Shown piece after piece: positions 5,899-16,582 of a DNA stretch of 64,000 nucleotides (its first letter is position 1; every line of letters begins with the position of its first letter). Source of the stretch: Gammaproteobacteria bacterium (GTDB lineage Bacteria; Pseudomonadota; Gammaproteobacteria; JAJFKG01); NCBI GenBank assembly GCA_021156325.1, contig JAJNDI010000002.1, forward strand, positions 4,757 through 68,756, read 5' to 3'. The position numbers and the translations under genes were made by a program. The notes under the pieces are model-generated. The model made no database searches and was not told the origin of the DNA. It saw only the letters and a list, made by a program, of their open reading frames with translations.

Positions 5899-6911
5899 CC
5901 AGGCGGATCGAAGAAGTTCGGCAGGCCACCGTATACGGTGTTCGGCCGAAGCGGGTCTTTAAAGAGGCAGCAACGAAATTTCTGTTGGAGAACCACCATA
6001 AGCGCAGTATTCGCTCAGATGCGGGGCGGCTGAAGGTGTTAGTTGACTACATCGGGGATTTACCGTTGGATAGTATCCACATGGGAACGCTGCAAGGGTT
6101 TATACAAGCTAGGCGGCAAGGTGGGATCAAGTCGCGCACGATTAATCATGGATTACAGGTTGTGCGGCGTATTGTGAATCTTGCAGCAAGCGAATGGATA
6201 GACGAATTTGGTTTAACGTGGTTGGCTACAGCCCCCAAGATCAAATTGCTACCTGAGCATGACTTGCGTAAACCTTACCCGCTGAGTTGGGATGAACAGG
6301 CTCGTTTGTTTGCGGCATTGCCGAAGCACTTGGTCAACATGGCCTTGTTTGCGGTCAATACAGGATGTCGTGACAATGAGGTATGTTCATTAAAATGGGA
6401 ATGGGAACAGGCCATTCCTGAGTTGCAAACTTCGATCTTCATTATTCCAGAAGAGATTGTGAAGAATGGGGAAGATCGGCTGGTAGTATTAAATCGAGTT
6501 GCCTATTCGATTATTGAGCAGATGAGAGGCCAACATCCCGAATATGTGTTTACATATAGGAATAGGCCAATATCTCGTATGTTGAATAGTGCTTGGTTAA
6601 GGGCTAGAGAAGCTGTTAATTTAGAGCAGGTTCGTGTACATGACTTGAAACATACCTTCGGCAGACGCTTACGTGCTGCTGGGGTCAGTTACGAGGACAG
6701 GCAAGATTTGCTGGGTCATCGTTCAGGTCGGATCACAACGCACTATTCGGCAGCAGAAATTGGTAACTTAATTGATGCTGCTAATCGTGTCTGTGAATCG
6801 GGCAAAGAGCGGCCTGCTTTGACACTGTTAAAGTGTTCACGTGCAGGTAAGTCACGAGAATCTCACGAGGTAGATTTTGGTGATAATGCGAAAATCAGCG
6901 TAAGCCGTTGA
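5769..6911 (+). CDS. int: Site-specific tyrosine integrase
   Basis: NTGCRDNEV (Arg), HDLKHTFGRRLRAAGV (H-x-x-R) and LLGHRSGRITTHYSAAE (His, Tyr) are readable. The gene ends 6 nt from the tRNA-Phe 3' end. Confidence 0.9.
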   Translation: MGRKRTSGLQKRWGCWQIDKKVFGRRLCESTGTGDLEEAEKYLARRIEEVRQATVYGVRPKRVFKEAATKFLLENHHKRSIRSDAGRLKVLVDYIGDLPLDSIHMGTLQGFIQARRQGGIKSRTINHGLQVVRRIVNLAASEWIDEFGLTWLATAPKIKLLPEHDLRKPYPLSWDEQARLFAALPKHLVNMALFAVNTGCRDNEVCSLKWEWEQAIPELQTSIFIIPEEIVKNGEDRLVVLNRVAYSIIEQMRGQHPEYVFTYRNRPISRMLNSAWLRAREAVNLEQVRVHDLKHTFGRRLRAAGVSYEDRQDLLGHRSGRITTHYSAAEIGNLIDAANRVCESGKERPALTLLKCSRAGKSRESHEVDFGDNAKISVSR

Positions 6912-6917
6912 ATTTGA

Positions 6918-6993
<76 letters not shown>

Positions 6994-7086
6994 ATTGAAG
7001 AATAAGCCCGCTATTAAACCTTAAGCCGTGCTATGGCGTCAAGTTTCAGCCCAGCTAAAAGTGGTTGAAATGTGAACGAACTTACC

Positions 7087-7362
7087 CTACTTCTTTTCAG
7101 GCTCAACGAATCCCGCCGGGCGTTCACTTCCCTCGCCAAATAAAAACTTTTGCATCTCGGCTGCTAAAAATTCACGGGCCTGCGGTTCTAAGGTACTTAA
7201 ACGATATTCATTAATTAACATGGTCTGATGACGTAACCACATCCCCCACGCTTCTTTTGAAATCGAATCATAAATCCGTTGGCCTAGTGCGCCAGGATAA
7301 GGCAGAAAATCTAAACCCGGTGCTTTTCGTCCTAATTTTTCACAGAAAACATCATGACTCAT
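7087..7362 (-). CDS. yggX: Fe(2+)-trafficking protein YggX
   Basis: The 91-aa protein is collinear with YggX and sits immediately downstream of mutY, as in enterobacteria. Confidence 0.85.
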   Translation of the reverse strand: MSHDVFCEKLGRKAPGLDFLPYPGALGQRIYDSISKEAWGMWLRHQTMLINEYRLSTLEPQAREFLAAEMQKFLFGEGSERPAGFVEPEKK

Positions 7363-8444
7363 ACCATACTCCCCGTTTTAGCTAATTGCTTTAATAACAT
7401 TTTAACCGGTGCAGCGAGCCCTACTGCGGCTGGCGCAGAGATGTGATACCAAAGGTGATTTTGGTTAGCAAGAGAGGGCGGCAACCGAATCATCTTAACA
7501 GGTAACAACCTGGCTGCAATATCCAAATGATAATGCGTAAAAGTATGGCGAAAATCGGCAAAAGGTTTCAAGTTTCGATTTTGTGTTTTCAACAAATCGA
7601 CAAGCCACTCTGGTTTATTCTCTTCATATTCGGGAAAACCCCATAATCCTCCCCAAATGCCTTTCACCGGACGCTGTAACAATAAGACTTCTTCAGTATT
7701 TCGCATTAATAAAATCATATGCGTTTTCTTGACAGGCAATGCTCTTTTAAGTTTTCGCCCCGGAAATTGCGCGGGGTTTTGCTTTCCAAGACAATTCGAT
7801 TCAAGAGGACAAAGAGAGCAAAGCGGCTTAGTCCGCCTGCATATCATTGCACCAAGATCCATCATCGCTTGCGTATAATCAGCCGCTTCCTTAGGCTTTG
7901 CAGGGGTATAATAATCCGCTAGCTTCCATAAAAATTCATTGGTTTTTTTATCTCCTGGCCACGTATCCACAGCATGAACACGCGCCAATACCCGCTTAAC
8001 ATTCCCATCTAAAATAGAATGAGGCTCTTCTAATGCTATTGATAAAATCGCACCGGCAGTTGATCGGCCAATACCCGGTAAGGACATCATTTCATCGAGC
8101 GTTTTTGGAAAGTGGCCTTGGTATTTTTCAGTTATGACTATTGCCGTACGATGTAAATTGCGCGCGCGTGCGTAATAACCCAAACCTGTCCATAAATGTA
8201 ATACTTCATCAAGAGGCGCTTTTGCCAAATCCAGAATAGTCGGAAAGCGTGTCATAAAGGCTGTAAAATAAGGGACAACTGTGGTAACTTGCGTTTGCTG
8301 CAGCATGATTTCAGAGATCCACACACGATACGGCGTAATATCTTGCTGCCACGGCAAATTGTGCCGGCCATATTGTTGAAACCAGCTCAATACTCGCGTA
8401 TGAAATGTAGATGCATCCAAAACGGCCTGATTCGGTTTTGTCAT
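7359..8444 (-). CDS. mutY: A/G-specific adenine DNA glycosylase
   Basis: HhH-GPD motifs ([12 protein letters not shown]), a 4Cys Fe-S cluster loop ([17 protein letters not shown]) and a NUDIX-like C-terminus. Confidence 0.95.
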   Translation of the reverse strand: MTKPNQAVLDASTFHTRVLSWFQQYGRHNLPWQQDITPYRVWISEIMLQQTQVTTVVPYFTAFMTRFPTILDLAKAPLDEVLHLWTGLGYYARARNLHRTAIVITEKYQGHFPKTLDEMMSLPGIGRSTAGAILSIALEEPHSILDGNVKRVLARVHAVDTWPGDKKTNEFLWKLADYYTPAKPKEAADYTQAMMDLGAMICRRTKPLCSLCPLESNCLGKQNPAQFPGRKLKRALPVKKTHMILLMRNTEEVLLLQRPVKGIWGGLWGFPEYEENKPEWLVDLLKTQNRNLKPFADFRHTFTHYHLDIAARLLPVKMIRLPPSLANQNHLWYHISAPAAVGLAAPVKMLLKQLAKTGSMV

Positions 8445-8450
8445 TTTTTC

Positions 8451-10115
8451 CTAGAATTTGATCCACTTCTTCAATTGTTTAGTTGCATCATCAAGCAGCT
8501 TGCCGCCTTTTTCTTGAATGAGCTTCTTTTGCAGTAAATCCCAATCGGGTGAAATAGTAGGGTCACTTAAAGTGCCGTTGATCAAAATAGGGATTTGTGA
8601 ATCTCCAAATATCTTCGTAAACTCCCCGAACAATTCATTATTGCCGCTAGTGCCCGGACCTACCAGCAAACGATACTGAATAGTCTGAGGCAATAAATCT
8701 ACTGAACCCTTACCCGTAGTATTAAACTCGTTGGAACGCAGCACAAAATCTTCATTTCTTAAGACACCCTGATTAATTTGGAAAGTGCCATTTAATTGAG
8801 TAAAGACAACTTGACCGCCCAGGCGTTTGCTTTTAACGGGTTTTCGGCTAAAACCTTGCCCGATAAATTGATTGACTAATTGCAATTGCTCGTTAATATC
8901 GATCCCATGCAATATGCCCTTGTCTAACTCAAAGCTGCCCTTACCTTGCATATTCCTTAAGAACGTTGTTTGGGTATCTCCTCGTGTATTGGCATTCAAT
9001 TGTAATTGAAATTGGCCGCTAACCTGCTCTTTGCCGGTAGTATCTTTTAAGAGATCGCCCACATTCACATCTTTGAGGCTTTCAGTTATTTTAAATTGAG
9101 GTTCGTCACCAGTAGCATCTATATTAATACTGCTATTAAAAACACCGTCATATAAATTGGCTTTCATGGGATCTAAAGCAAGTTTACCGGATTTAGCGTG
9201 TAATTTAAAAACGAGCTTCGTTAAATGAATCTTGTTAAAGACGACATCATCAATGCGAAGATCTCCTTCTCCGTGCAATTGCCGTAAGAGGAGCTTTTGC
9301 GCTTGATTGGCATCATTCCACTGTAAATCCATATCGGCTATGCCTTTTGTGGCTTTCAAGTTGATCTTGCCTTTGGTTTCAAACGAAAAATCAAGGGAAG
9401 ATAGTTGATAGTGTTGTTTTTGAGGGGAGGCCATTAATTTGCCATCTAATGTGACATGGCTGAATAAATCAGGATTTTTACTGTTGGCATTAAAACTTAA
9501 TGTCACGGGAAAGAGTCTGTCTAATCCAATGTGATTGGCAGAGAGATCTAAATCGGTAACATCCACGTATTGACCATCGCGTTGGTTATCCCAAATGATA
9601 TGGGCATTATCAATTTGAAGATGAGCAATATTAATGTTAGGCGTTTCAGTAGCTTCTGGAGGTTGAAGTGCTTCAGTAGCCGTTGTAGATTGCGTGTTAT
9701 TGCTGCTGGGCTGACTAAAGTCAAAGTTAGTGCGGCTATTTTTTAAAACGGTTAAATGTAGGGTAGGATCAATTAATTCAATTTTACCTATTTCAATATC
9801 ACCTGTTAATAACGGTAGCAATTGAACGCTGACATCGGCTTCTTTTACCGTTGCAAAAGGGATCTGGGGATTAAAGCCCGCCGGATTTCCCAGCGTCACC
9901 CCTTCCAGACTTAAACCAATCCACGGAAAGAAGGACCAGCCAATGTCGCCATTGATGGCAAATTCACGCCCCGTGGCTTTTTGCACTTGCGCTGTGATCT
10001 GAGGTTTATAATCATTGGGGTTAATCACGATGACTAATACGGTTAACCCGATAATGAGCAATAAGAATAATGCTGCTATTGACCAAAGTGCTATCTTGAC
10101 CCCTTTTTTCATCAC
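8451..10115 (-). CDS. AsmA-family outer-membrane assembly protein
   Basis: N-terminal TM anchor, a long beta-rich periplasmic body and a conserved AsmA C-terminal region. Confidence 0.75.
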   Translation of the reverse strand: MMKKGVKIALWSIAALFLLLIIGLTVLVIVINPNDYKPQITAQVQKATGREFAINGDIGWSFFPWIGLSLEGVTLGNPAGFNPQIPFATVKEADVSVQLLPLLTGDIEIGKIELIDPTLHLTVLKNSRTNFDFSQPSSNNTQSTTATEALQPPEATETPNINIAHLQIDNAHIIWDNQRDGQYVDVTDLDLSANHIGLDRLFPVTLSFNANSKNPDLFSHVTLDGKLMASPQKQHYQLSSLDFSFETKGKINLKATKGIADMDLQWNDANQAQKLLLRQLHGEGDLRIDDVVFNKIHLTKLVFKLHAKSGKLALDPMKANLYDGVFNSSINIDATGDEPQFKITESLKDVNVGDLLKDTTGKEQVSGQFQLQLNANTRGDTQTTFLRNMQGKGSFELDKGILHGIDINEQLQLVNQFIGQGFSRKPVKSKRLGGQVVFTQLNGTFQINQGVLRNEDFVLRSNEFNTTGKGSVDLLPQTIQYRLLVGPGTSGNNELFGEFTKIFGDSQIPILINGTLSDPTISPDWDLLQKKLIQEKGGKLLDDATKQLKKWIKF

Positions 10116-10134
10116 TATCCCCTATGTCTATGTC

Positions 10135-10208
10135 TGGAGCGGGTGATGGGAATCGAACCCACGCTCTCAGCTTGGGAAGCTGATGTTCTACCATTGAACT
10201 ACACCCGC
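10135..10208 (-). tRNA. tRNA-Gly (anticodon CCC)
   Basis: The reverse complement reads GCGGGTGTAGTTCAATGGTAGAACATCAGCTTCCCAAGCTGAGAGCGTGGGTTCGATTCCCATCACCCGCTCCA. Confidence 0.95.
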
Positions 10209-10376
10209 CGAAAGACACATTATACCTTTCAATTGATGATAGATAAATCTGCGCCTGTCTACAGCGGGAATTTATGAATATGCCTGGATTAGCTGCAATA
10301 CGGCAGTACTTCCTTGCTTACTTTGTCTGGTGGGCTATCGCGCGCGTTCACGGCTTTTAATGCCATAGCGGGTGCA

Positions 10377-10414
10377 CAAAAAAGACGCGTATAAGGTGTG
10401 AACCTTATACGCGT
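10377..10414 (-). terminator. Orphan intrinsic terminator on the minus strand
   Basis: On the minus strand, ACGCGTATAAGG-TTCACA-CCTTATACGCGT (12-bp perfect stem) is followed by CTTTTTTG. No annotated minus-strand gene lies upstream of it. Confidence 0.55.
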
Positions 10415-10705
10415 TGGCACAAAATACAAGGAGTTATGCAATTTGACAAGGTTCATTATACCGGGGTTCTAAATTGCCAATATCGGTAAAAATCAGTTGG
10501 GAATGTAAGAAATTATCCTGTTGATGTGTAATACCAAAACCTGCTGTCTCAGCAGTTCAATCTGCTATCAGATTACAACTGCCTGCCCAATCCCAGATTA
10601 TCAGTTTTTATTCAGGATGATGTAGACACCACAGGGTCAGTAATTAATAATATAATCTCTAATCGCAGACTGTATGGTAGAAAAAAAGACTATAAAGAGG
10701 GTTTT

Positions 10706-11401
10706 TTGAAAAAAAATGACTTCATAAAGCCACAGCGCATTCCAAGCTATGTCTTACGTCAGGGCCGCATGACTACTTCGCAAGAAGAAGCGCTTGCATT
10801 GCTTTGGCCGCGCTATGGGTTAACTCCTGCCGCCGGAGAAAAAATCGATTTAAATGCCCTTTTTGCACGGCAAGCGGAACGGGTTTGTGAAATTGGCTTT
10901 GGGATGGGGCAGTCTTTGATTCAGATGGCAGTGGAAAACCCCTCGATTGATTATATCGGTATTGAAGTTCATACGCCTGGTATTGGCGCTTTATTGCTGG
11001 CAATAGATAAAGCCAAGATCAACAATATTCGCATCTTGCGCGGTGATGCGGCTTTACTATTAGCTGCTCATTTCGACGAAAAAACATGGGATGGTTTTCA
11101 AGTCTTTTTCCCTGATCCTTGGCCTAAGCGGCGACATCATAAACGCCGCTTGTTACAATTATCTTTTTTAACGCTCTTACTTCAACAATTAAAACCAAGC
11201 GGGTTTTTACATATTGCAACCGATTGGGAAGATTATGCCAAAGAGACTTTAACGATATTAAGCAATATGCCGGGTTTTGTGAATGCTGCGGGGGTAGGAG
11301 AATTTGCGCCGCGCCCCTTGACACGTCCGCTAACGAAATTTGAAAACCGCGGCTTAAAACGAGGTTATCATGTGTGGGATCTATTATTTTATGCAGTCTA
11401 A
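10706..11401 (+). CDS. trmB: tRNA (guanine-N7)-methyltransferase
   Basis: SAM-binding EIGFGMG motif and full-length collinearity with TrmB. TTG start. Confidence 0.9.
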   Translation: MKKNDFIKPQRIPSYVLRQGRMTTSQEEALALLWPRYGLTPAAGEKIDLNALFARQAERVCEIGFGMGQSLIQMAVENPSIDYIGIEVHTPGIGALLLAIDKAKINNIRILRGDAALLLAAHFDEKTWDGFQVFFPDPWPKRRHHKRRLLQLSFLTLLLQQLKPSGFLHIATDWEDYAKETLTILSNMPGFVNAAGVGEFAPRPLTRPLTKFENRGLKRGYHVWDLLFYAV

Positions 11402-11408
11402 AATCCCC

Positions 11409-12257
11409 ATGGCACGACTTATGCTCTGTCGGCTTTCTTTTTTGAAGGGGGTGAAGAGTATCGGCATTTATATAATAACCGTTTTTCAAAGAGGGCGAAA
11501 ATGCTTTTTGTTGCTGCCGATCTTATTACACGCAACATTTGCCAATGCGCAAAGCCTTCCTGTGATATGGCAGCCGCTTGCTAAAGGGCTGGATTATACC
11601 CAAATTATATTACCCCGCCGATCTTTGGTGATGGGTTCGTTACATGCTTTTCGGATTCATTTATCTGATTACACTTTGCGTCTTATACTGGCGCAAGATC
11701 ATCATGCTGCCAGCGGTTCGGTTAAAGAGTTAGCTCAGCATAATAAAGCTGTCTTGGCTATCAATGGCGGATTTTTTGATGAGACAGCAACTCCATTGGG
11801 TTTGCGTATTCAAGATCATCAAGTCCGTTCACCGCTTCGGCCCATTAGCTGGTGGGGAGTATTTTATATTCGAAATAATGAGCCTTATATCGTGGCGCAA
11901 TCTCAATTTAAAGCCGATGCTGAAATCAGCATCGCTTTACAAGCAGGCCCTCGGTTGGTGATCCAAAATCAAATTCCCGCCTTGAAATCAGGACAAGATG
12001 AACGGTCTATTCTCTGTATTACTCAGGAAAATGATGTTGTGATAGCGGTAACAGAACATACTACAATCAATACTCATGATCTGGCTGCATTGCTTCGTGC
12101 CAGCAATCAGGAAGGAGGCTTAAATTGCCGTGATGCGCTTAATCTGGATGGAGGCAGTTCCTCTCAGCTCTATGCCAATATCAATAATTTTACATTGGAT
12201 ATTGCGAGTTTTAGCCCTGTAAGCGATGTGATTACCGTAACACCTAAAGTGAATTAA
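11409..12257 (+). CDS. Secreted phosphodiester glycosidase family (NAGPA/DUF2233) protein
   Basis: AINGGFFD and NLDGGSSSQL motifs. Signal-peptide-like LLLPILLHATFANA. The start was trimmed to the ATG after the trmB stop. Confidence 0.7.
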   Translation: MARLMLCRLSFLKGVKSIGIYIITVFQRGRKCFLLLPILLHATFANAQSLPVIWQPLAKGLDYTQIILPRRSLVMGSLHAFRIHLSDYTLRLILAQDHHAASGSVKELAQHNKAVLAINGGFFDETATPLGLRIQDHQVRSPLRPISWWGVFYIRNNEPYIVAQSQFKADAEISIALQAGPRLVIQNQIPALKSGQDERSILCITQENDVVIAVTEHTTINTHDLAALLRASNQEGGLNCRDALNLDGGSSSQLYANINNFTLDIASFSPVSDVITVTPKVN

Positions 12258-13309
12258 GAAACTTTTTCTTTTTTAGGCTTTTTATGATCTGCTTCTGCTA
12301 ATTGCTGCTGACGCAAGCTTGCAATTTGATCACTTAATTGATAAGCCGCCATGGCATACAATAAACTCCCATTGTAACGGGTGATCACATAAAAATTATG
12401 AAACCCTAACCAATAAGCTAACTGTTGTTCAGTTTTCTCGAGGCTTAAAAGATTAACCGACAGATCAGCCGGATAAGCAGTAGCTATCCAGACACCGCGC
12501 TGGCCTAATTCACCCACAGTGTATAGGGTTTTTCGTTCAGCATTTGCTAAGCCTTGATTATCTTTGTTTTTGATGTCGGCTGTATCCGCAATAGGCTGAT
12601 TGGCTTGCCAGCCATTTTCATGCAGATAATTGGCAATTGAGCCGATAATATCACCGGTATTATTGAATAAATCGATTTTATTGTCTTTTCCAAAATCAAC
12701 GGCATAATGCCGATAACTGCTCGGCATAAATTGCGGTTGACCGAGAGCGCCGGCATAGGACCCTTTTAACTGAGCAGGGTCAATTTTTTCTTCATGACTA
12801 AGGGCTAAAAATTCGGCTAATTCTTTTTTAAAGAAGACACTGCGCGCGGGATATTCAAAAGCAAGCGTTGTCAGCGTGTTTAAAACGGAATATTTTCCGC
12901 GTTGTTTGCCATAATTGCTTTCAATACCGATGATAGCAACGATAATACTGGCAGGTACGCCGTAAGTTTTTTCGGCACGTTTCAATTCTTTAGCATGCTT
13001 CGCCCAAAAAGCGACACCGGCTTGAATGCGTTCAGGGCTTACGAAGTGTTCACGGTAAAGGTACCAAGGCTGTGCTTCATAGGGATGATTCATAGCATCA
13101 ATAACGCTCTGATCTAAACGCGCTTTTGCCATGACCCTTTTTATATATTTCGGATCAAGATTGTAGGTTTTAGCCGCATCTTGAATAAATTGTTGTACAT
13201 CGGCGCGTTGTAAGAGAGCCATTGTTTTAACAGGCGTGTTAGCAGTGTATGCCGCTACGGGGGCGATTAATCCAGCGAGTAATAGTAGCAGTATGAAATA
13301 GCGCGTCAT
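12254..13309 (-). CDS. mltB: Lytic murein transglycosylase B
   Basis: GIESNYG and GALGQPQFMPSSY motifs, with a signal peptide. Confidence 0.85.
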   Translation of the reverse strand: MTRYFILLLLLAGLIAPVAAYTANTPVKTMALLQRADVQQFIQDAAKTYNLDPKYIKRVMAKARLDQSVIDAMNHPYEAQPWYLYREHFVSPERIQAGVAFWAKHAKELKRAEKTYGVPASIIVAIIGIESNYGKQRGKYSVLNTLTTLAFEYPARSVFFKKELAEFLALSHEEKIDPAQLKGSYAGALGQPQFMPSSYRHYAVDFGKDNKIDLFNNTGDIIGSIANYLHENGWQANQPIADTADIKNKDNQGLANAERKTLYTVGELGQRGVWIATAYPADLSVNLLSLEKTEQQLAYWLGFHNFYVITRYNGSLLYAMAAYQLSDQIASLRQQQLAEADHKKPKKEKVS

Positions 13310-13365
13310 AGAGGGGTCTCAGTAAATCAGGATTACTTTGAATTGTAGCATAAAAAAATAGTAAA

Positions 13366-14502
13366 TCATCCCGATAATAACTTCCGATGCGTATGAATGG
13401 ACATCAAGATCCCAAAACCGGCAAAGACTGTCACCAAGGAAGTTCCCCCATAGCTGATTAAAGGCAGCGGTAAGCCGACAACAGGCAGGATGCCAATCAC
13501 CATACCGATATTAATTAATGCCGATAAACAAAAAGTCAGACTTAAACTGCCTGCCAATAAGCGGGTATAGGTATCTTGTGCATTTAAGCTGATATATAAA
13601 CCTCGTGCGGTAATATAAAGAAAACAAAAGAGTAAAACGATCGTACCCACCAAGCCGAATTCTTCCCCGCAGACAGCAAAGATAAAATCGGTAGCATGTT
13701 CAGGCAAGAAATTTAAATGAGACTGCGTGCCCTCTAACCAGCCTTTGCCAAAAATACCGCCTGATCCAATGGCGATTTTAGATTGAATGATATGGTAACC
13801 TGCACCTAGAGGATCTCGTTCAGGGTTTAAAAAAGTTAAAACACGGTTACGCTGATAATCATGCATGAAATGCCAAATGAGGGGAGTGAGTGCTGCTACG
13901 GCTGCGAGCATAAAAGCCAGCAAGCGCCAGGATAAGCCCGCCAGTAACAAAACAAATCCTCCTGATATTATAAGTATAATGGCTGTTCCCAGATCCGGCT
14001 GTAAGGCTGTCAAGAAAGCGGGCGCTACTATGATAATAGCAACCATCAATATTTCCTTTAAATTAGGAGGTAAATGACGATCATGAAAACACCAGGCTGC
14101 TATCATAGGGATGGTGAGTTTCAAGAGTTCCGATGGTTGTAAACGCAAGATCCCTAAGTCCAACCATCGCTGTGCACCTTTTCCAATATGGCCTACCAAT
14201 AATACGAGGATCAGACTGCATAAACTCAGTAGGAAAACCAAGGGTGTCCAACGACGATACGCCGTTGGTGAGATTTGTGCAAAGATAAATAATATAAGAA
14301 AAGCTAAACCTAAACGAAAACTTTGTCGAGTGATCATCTCATAGCTTTCACTGGCAGCGCTAAATAAGATAATCAATCCTATACCGACTAACAATAGCAA
14401 GCCGCCCAGTAAAGGTCCGTCGATATGTAAGCGTTGTAAAAAAGTGTGGTGACGGTAATCCGGGTTATAAGTTGAAGGCAGCAATAACGATAAGAGATGC
14501 AT
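13366..14502 (-). CDS. rodA: Peptidoglycan glycosyltransferase RodA (SEDS family)
   Basis: FtsW/RodA/SpoVE polytopic pattern. The start was trimmed to MHLLSLL so that it follows mrdA without overlap. Confidence 0.9.
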   Translation of the reverse strand: MHLLSLLLPSTYNPDYRHHTFLQRLHIDGPLLGGLLLLVGIGLIILFSAASESYEMITRQSFRLGLAFLILFIFAQISPTAYRRWTPLVFLLSLCSLILVLLVGHIGKGAQRWLDLGILRLQPSELLKLTIPMIAAWCFHDRHLPPNLKEILMVAIIIVAPAFLTALQPDLGTAIILIISGGFVLLLAGLSWRLLAFMLAAVAALTPLIWHFMHDYQRNRVLTFLNPERDPLGAGYHIIQSKIAIGSGGIFGKGWLEGTQSHLNFLPEHATDFIFAVCGEEFGLVGTIVLLFCFLYITARGLYISLNAQDTYTRLLAGSLSLTFCLSALINIGMVIGILPVVGLPLPLISYGGTSLVTVFAGFGILMSIHTHRKLLSG

Positions 14503-14512
14503 TAAGTTTACC

Positions 14513-16378
14513 TCATACAGTGAGCGGCAAAGGAGTAGTCGATAACAGATAAGTGTCGATGACTTTGCGCGCCACTTTGGCTGCATCAGGACTGTTTTCA
14601 ACGATAACCGCTATGGCAATTTTAGGATCTTCAACCGGCGCAAAGGCAATAAAAGTAGAGTGATCTCGAAGTCTTTCCGGGATTTTCAAATCCTTATAAT
14701 TTTCATTTTGTTTGATTGAAAACACTTGTGCCGTGCCTGTTTTAGCAGCTACGCTATAAGGCGGTTTTCCAAATCGATATCCTGTTCCCTGAGGACTTGA
14801 TATAACATCTTCCATACCGCCGATAACGGTTTCCCACGCTATTGCTGAAGCATTGACTTTAGTTTCCGGCTTCAATAATTTGTTATATTCTGTCAAGCGG
14901 GAAGTTTCTTGTTTTAACAATAAATAAGGGTGGTATCGATTACCGCGCATCGATAAAGCAGCCACTGCAGAAGCCATTTGCAAAGGGGTTACTAAGAGAA
15001 ACCCTTGCCCAATGCCGGTGATAATAGTATCACCGGGATACCACGCACTGCCTTTATTAGCCCGTTTCCACGCAGGCGTAGGGACAAGACCCGGTAATTC
15101 TTCTCTAAGCTCAATGCCCGTGTCTTTTCCAAATCCAAAGGCATTTAAGATATTGCTCATTCCTTCAATGCCGATTTTTCGAGACAATTCATAAAAGAAA
15201 ATATCGGAAGATTGAGCAATGGCTTGTCTTACATTCACAGAACCCAATCCTTCTTTTTTATAACCGCGATAACGGTGTGTACTGTTAGGCAGCATAAACC
15301 ACCCTTTGTCATAAACATGCCACTCCGTTGAAATCAAGTTTTGATTTAACGCCGTCAATGCGTAAAAAGGTTTAACGATCGAGCCAGGGGGATATTGACC
15401 GCGAATAGCCCGATTAAATAAAGGTTGATCCAATGATTTATTTAATGCATCAAAATCTTTCTGAGAGATACCGGTGACAAAAAGATTGGGATCATAAGCA
15501 GGCTGGCTGACTAATGCCAAGACTTGTCCTGTTGCCGGTTCAATGGCTACCACTGCGCCGCGATGATCTCCCAGCGCTGCAACCGCTGCCATCTGCAATT
15601 GACTGTCTATCGTTAAATATAAGTTATTGCCTGGAACAGGCGAACTTCGATTCATGATGCGTATAATGCGCCCGCTAGCATCCGTTTCTACTTGTTCATT
15701 TCCTACTTGGCCATGCAATATGTTTTCATAAGATTTTTCAATACCCAATTTCCCTATGTAATTGGTGCCGCTGTAATTACTGATATCGAGCGTTTGTAGG
15801 TCAGCAGTATTGATCCGTCCCACATAGCCCAAAGCGCTGACCATGACTTCGCCAAGAGGGTAATAGCGCAACAATTCAGCGTTAATTAAAACACCGGGAA
15901 AGCGATATTGATTAACATAAAATTGAGCCACTTCCTGGGAAGTTAATTGAGACTTGAGAGCGACTTTTTCGAAACGCCGCTGCTGCTTGATCTGCTTTTG
16001 AAATTGAGCGACATCGTTATCACTGATTTGAATAAACTCACGCAGCTCACGGAGTGTCTTCTGGAGATTAGCCACTTTGTCCGGAATGAGCTCCAAACTA
16101 AAGACCGGTAAATTTTCAGCCAGTAAAACGCCGTTACGGTCATAGATCAATCCGCGATTAGGCGGGATAGGAATAATCGTCAATTGGTTTTCATTAGAGA
16201 GCGTGGTATAGCGTTCGTGCTGAAACCATTGCAGGATACACAGCCGGGCAATGATGAGTAGAACCCCTAGCAATAGCAAAAAACCCACGATCAAAATCCG
16301 CCGCTGAAATAAGCGTAACTCTTGGTTCAAGTCTTTGAGAATGATGCGTTTAGCCATAGATCTCTGTCTGACGGTCAC
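14513..16378 (-). CDS. mrdA: Penicillin-binding protein 2 (elongasome transpeptidase)
   Basis: SIVK (SxxK) and KTGTA motifs, an N-terminal anchor, and a position upstream of rodA. Confidence 0.9.
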   Translation of the reverse strand: MTVRQRSMAKRIILKDLNQELRLFQRRILIVGFLLLLGVLLIIARLCILQWFQHERYTTLSNENQLTIIPIPPNRGLIYDRNGVLLAENLPVFSLELIPDKVANLQKTLRELREFIQISDNDVAQFQKQIKQQRRFEKVALKSQLTSQEVAQFYVNQYRFPGVLINAELLRYYPLGEVMVSALGYVGRINTADLQTLDISNYSGTNYIGKLGIEKSYENILHGQVGNEQVETDASGRIIRIMNRSSPVPGNNLYLTIDSQLQMAAVAALGDHRGAVVAIEPATGQVLALVSQPAYDPNLFVTGISQKDFDALNKSLDQPLFNRAIRGQYPPGSIVKPFYALTALNQNLISTEWHVYDKGWFMLPNSTHRYRGYKKEGLGSVNVRQAIAQSSDIFFYELSRKIGIEGMSNILNAFGFGKDTGIELREELPGLVPTPAWKRANKGSAWYPGDTIITGIGQGFLLVTPLQMASAVAALSMRGNRYHPYLLLKQETSRLTEYNKLLKPETKVNASAIAWETVIGGMEDVISSPQGTGYRFGKPPYSVAAKTGTAQVFSIKQNENYKDLKIPERLRDHSTFIAFAPVEDPKIAIAVIVENSPDAAKVARKVIDTYLLSTTPLPLTV

Positions 16379-16582
16379 TAAAATATACTCTTCGCGCTTT
16401 GAATGTAGGCTTAAAGGCTGCAGCAGCGAACAAAAGCCATGTATTATTTATACACTCCTTTTGCTCGCAAGTTTGCCGCCTCCCCTACATTCAAATTGCT
16501 TTGAGGATAGCTGCTTGATTATAAGAGATAATCCTGCTGAATAGTTAGAAAGAAAAGCAGTGCTGACGATAATTTGATCAAG

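Larger units (their letters stand above)
894..6917. mobile_element. tRNA-Phe-associated genomic island; the integrase-proximal end abuts the tRNA 3' end and the distal end was not identified in the window
   Basis: An intact tyrosine integrase ends 6 nt from the 3' end of tRNA-Phe. AlpA/excisionase-like HTH genes and csrA paralogues lie upstream. The DNA is visibly AT-rich with long ORF-free stretches. Backbone genes (yggX, mutY) resume right after the tRNA. Confidence 0.6.

Noticed and set aside
7225-7231. Isolated CUGAUGA heptamer on the plus strand inside yggX (antisense)
   Set aside because: It has no adjacent stem II, GAAA or GUC arrangement. It is a chance heptamer.
10434-10488. 17-aa plus-strand mini-ORF (MQFDKVHYTGVLNCQYR) preceded by AAGGAG
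   Set aside because: The SD-to-ATG spacing is only 2 nt and the peptide has no recognisable features. The same sequence is better explained as part of the minus-strand terminator-associated transcript.
14503-14601. N-terminal 33 codons of the listed rodA ORF
   Set aside because: They overlap the 3' end of mrdA and do not resemble a RodA N-terminus. The start was trimmed to MHLLSLL at 14502.
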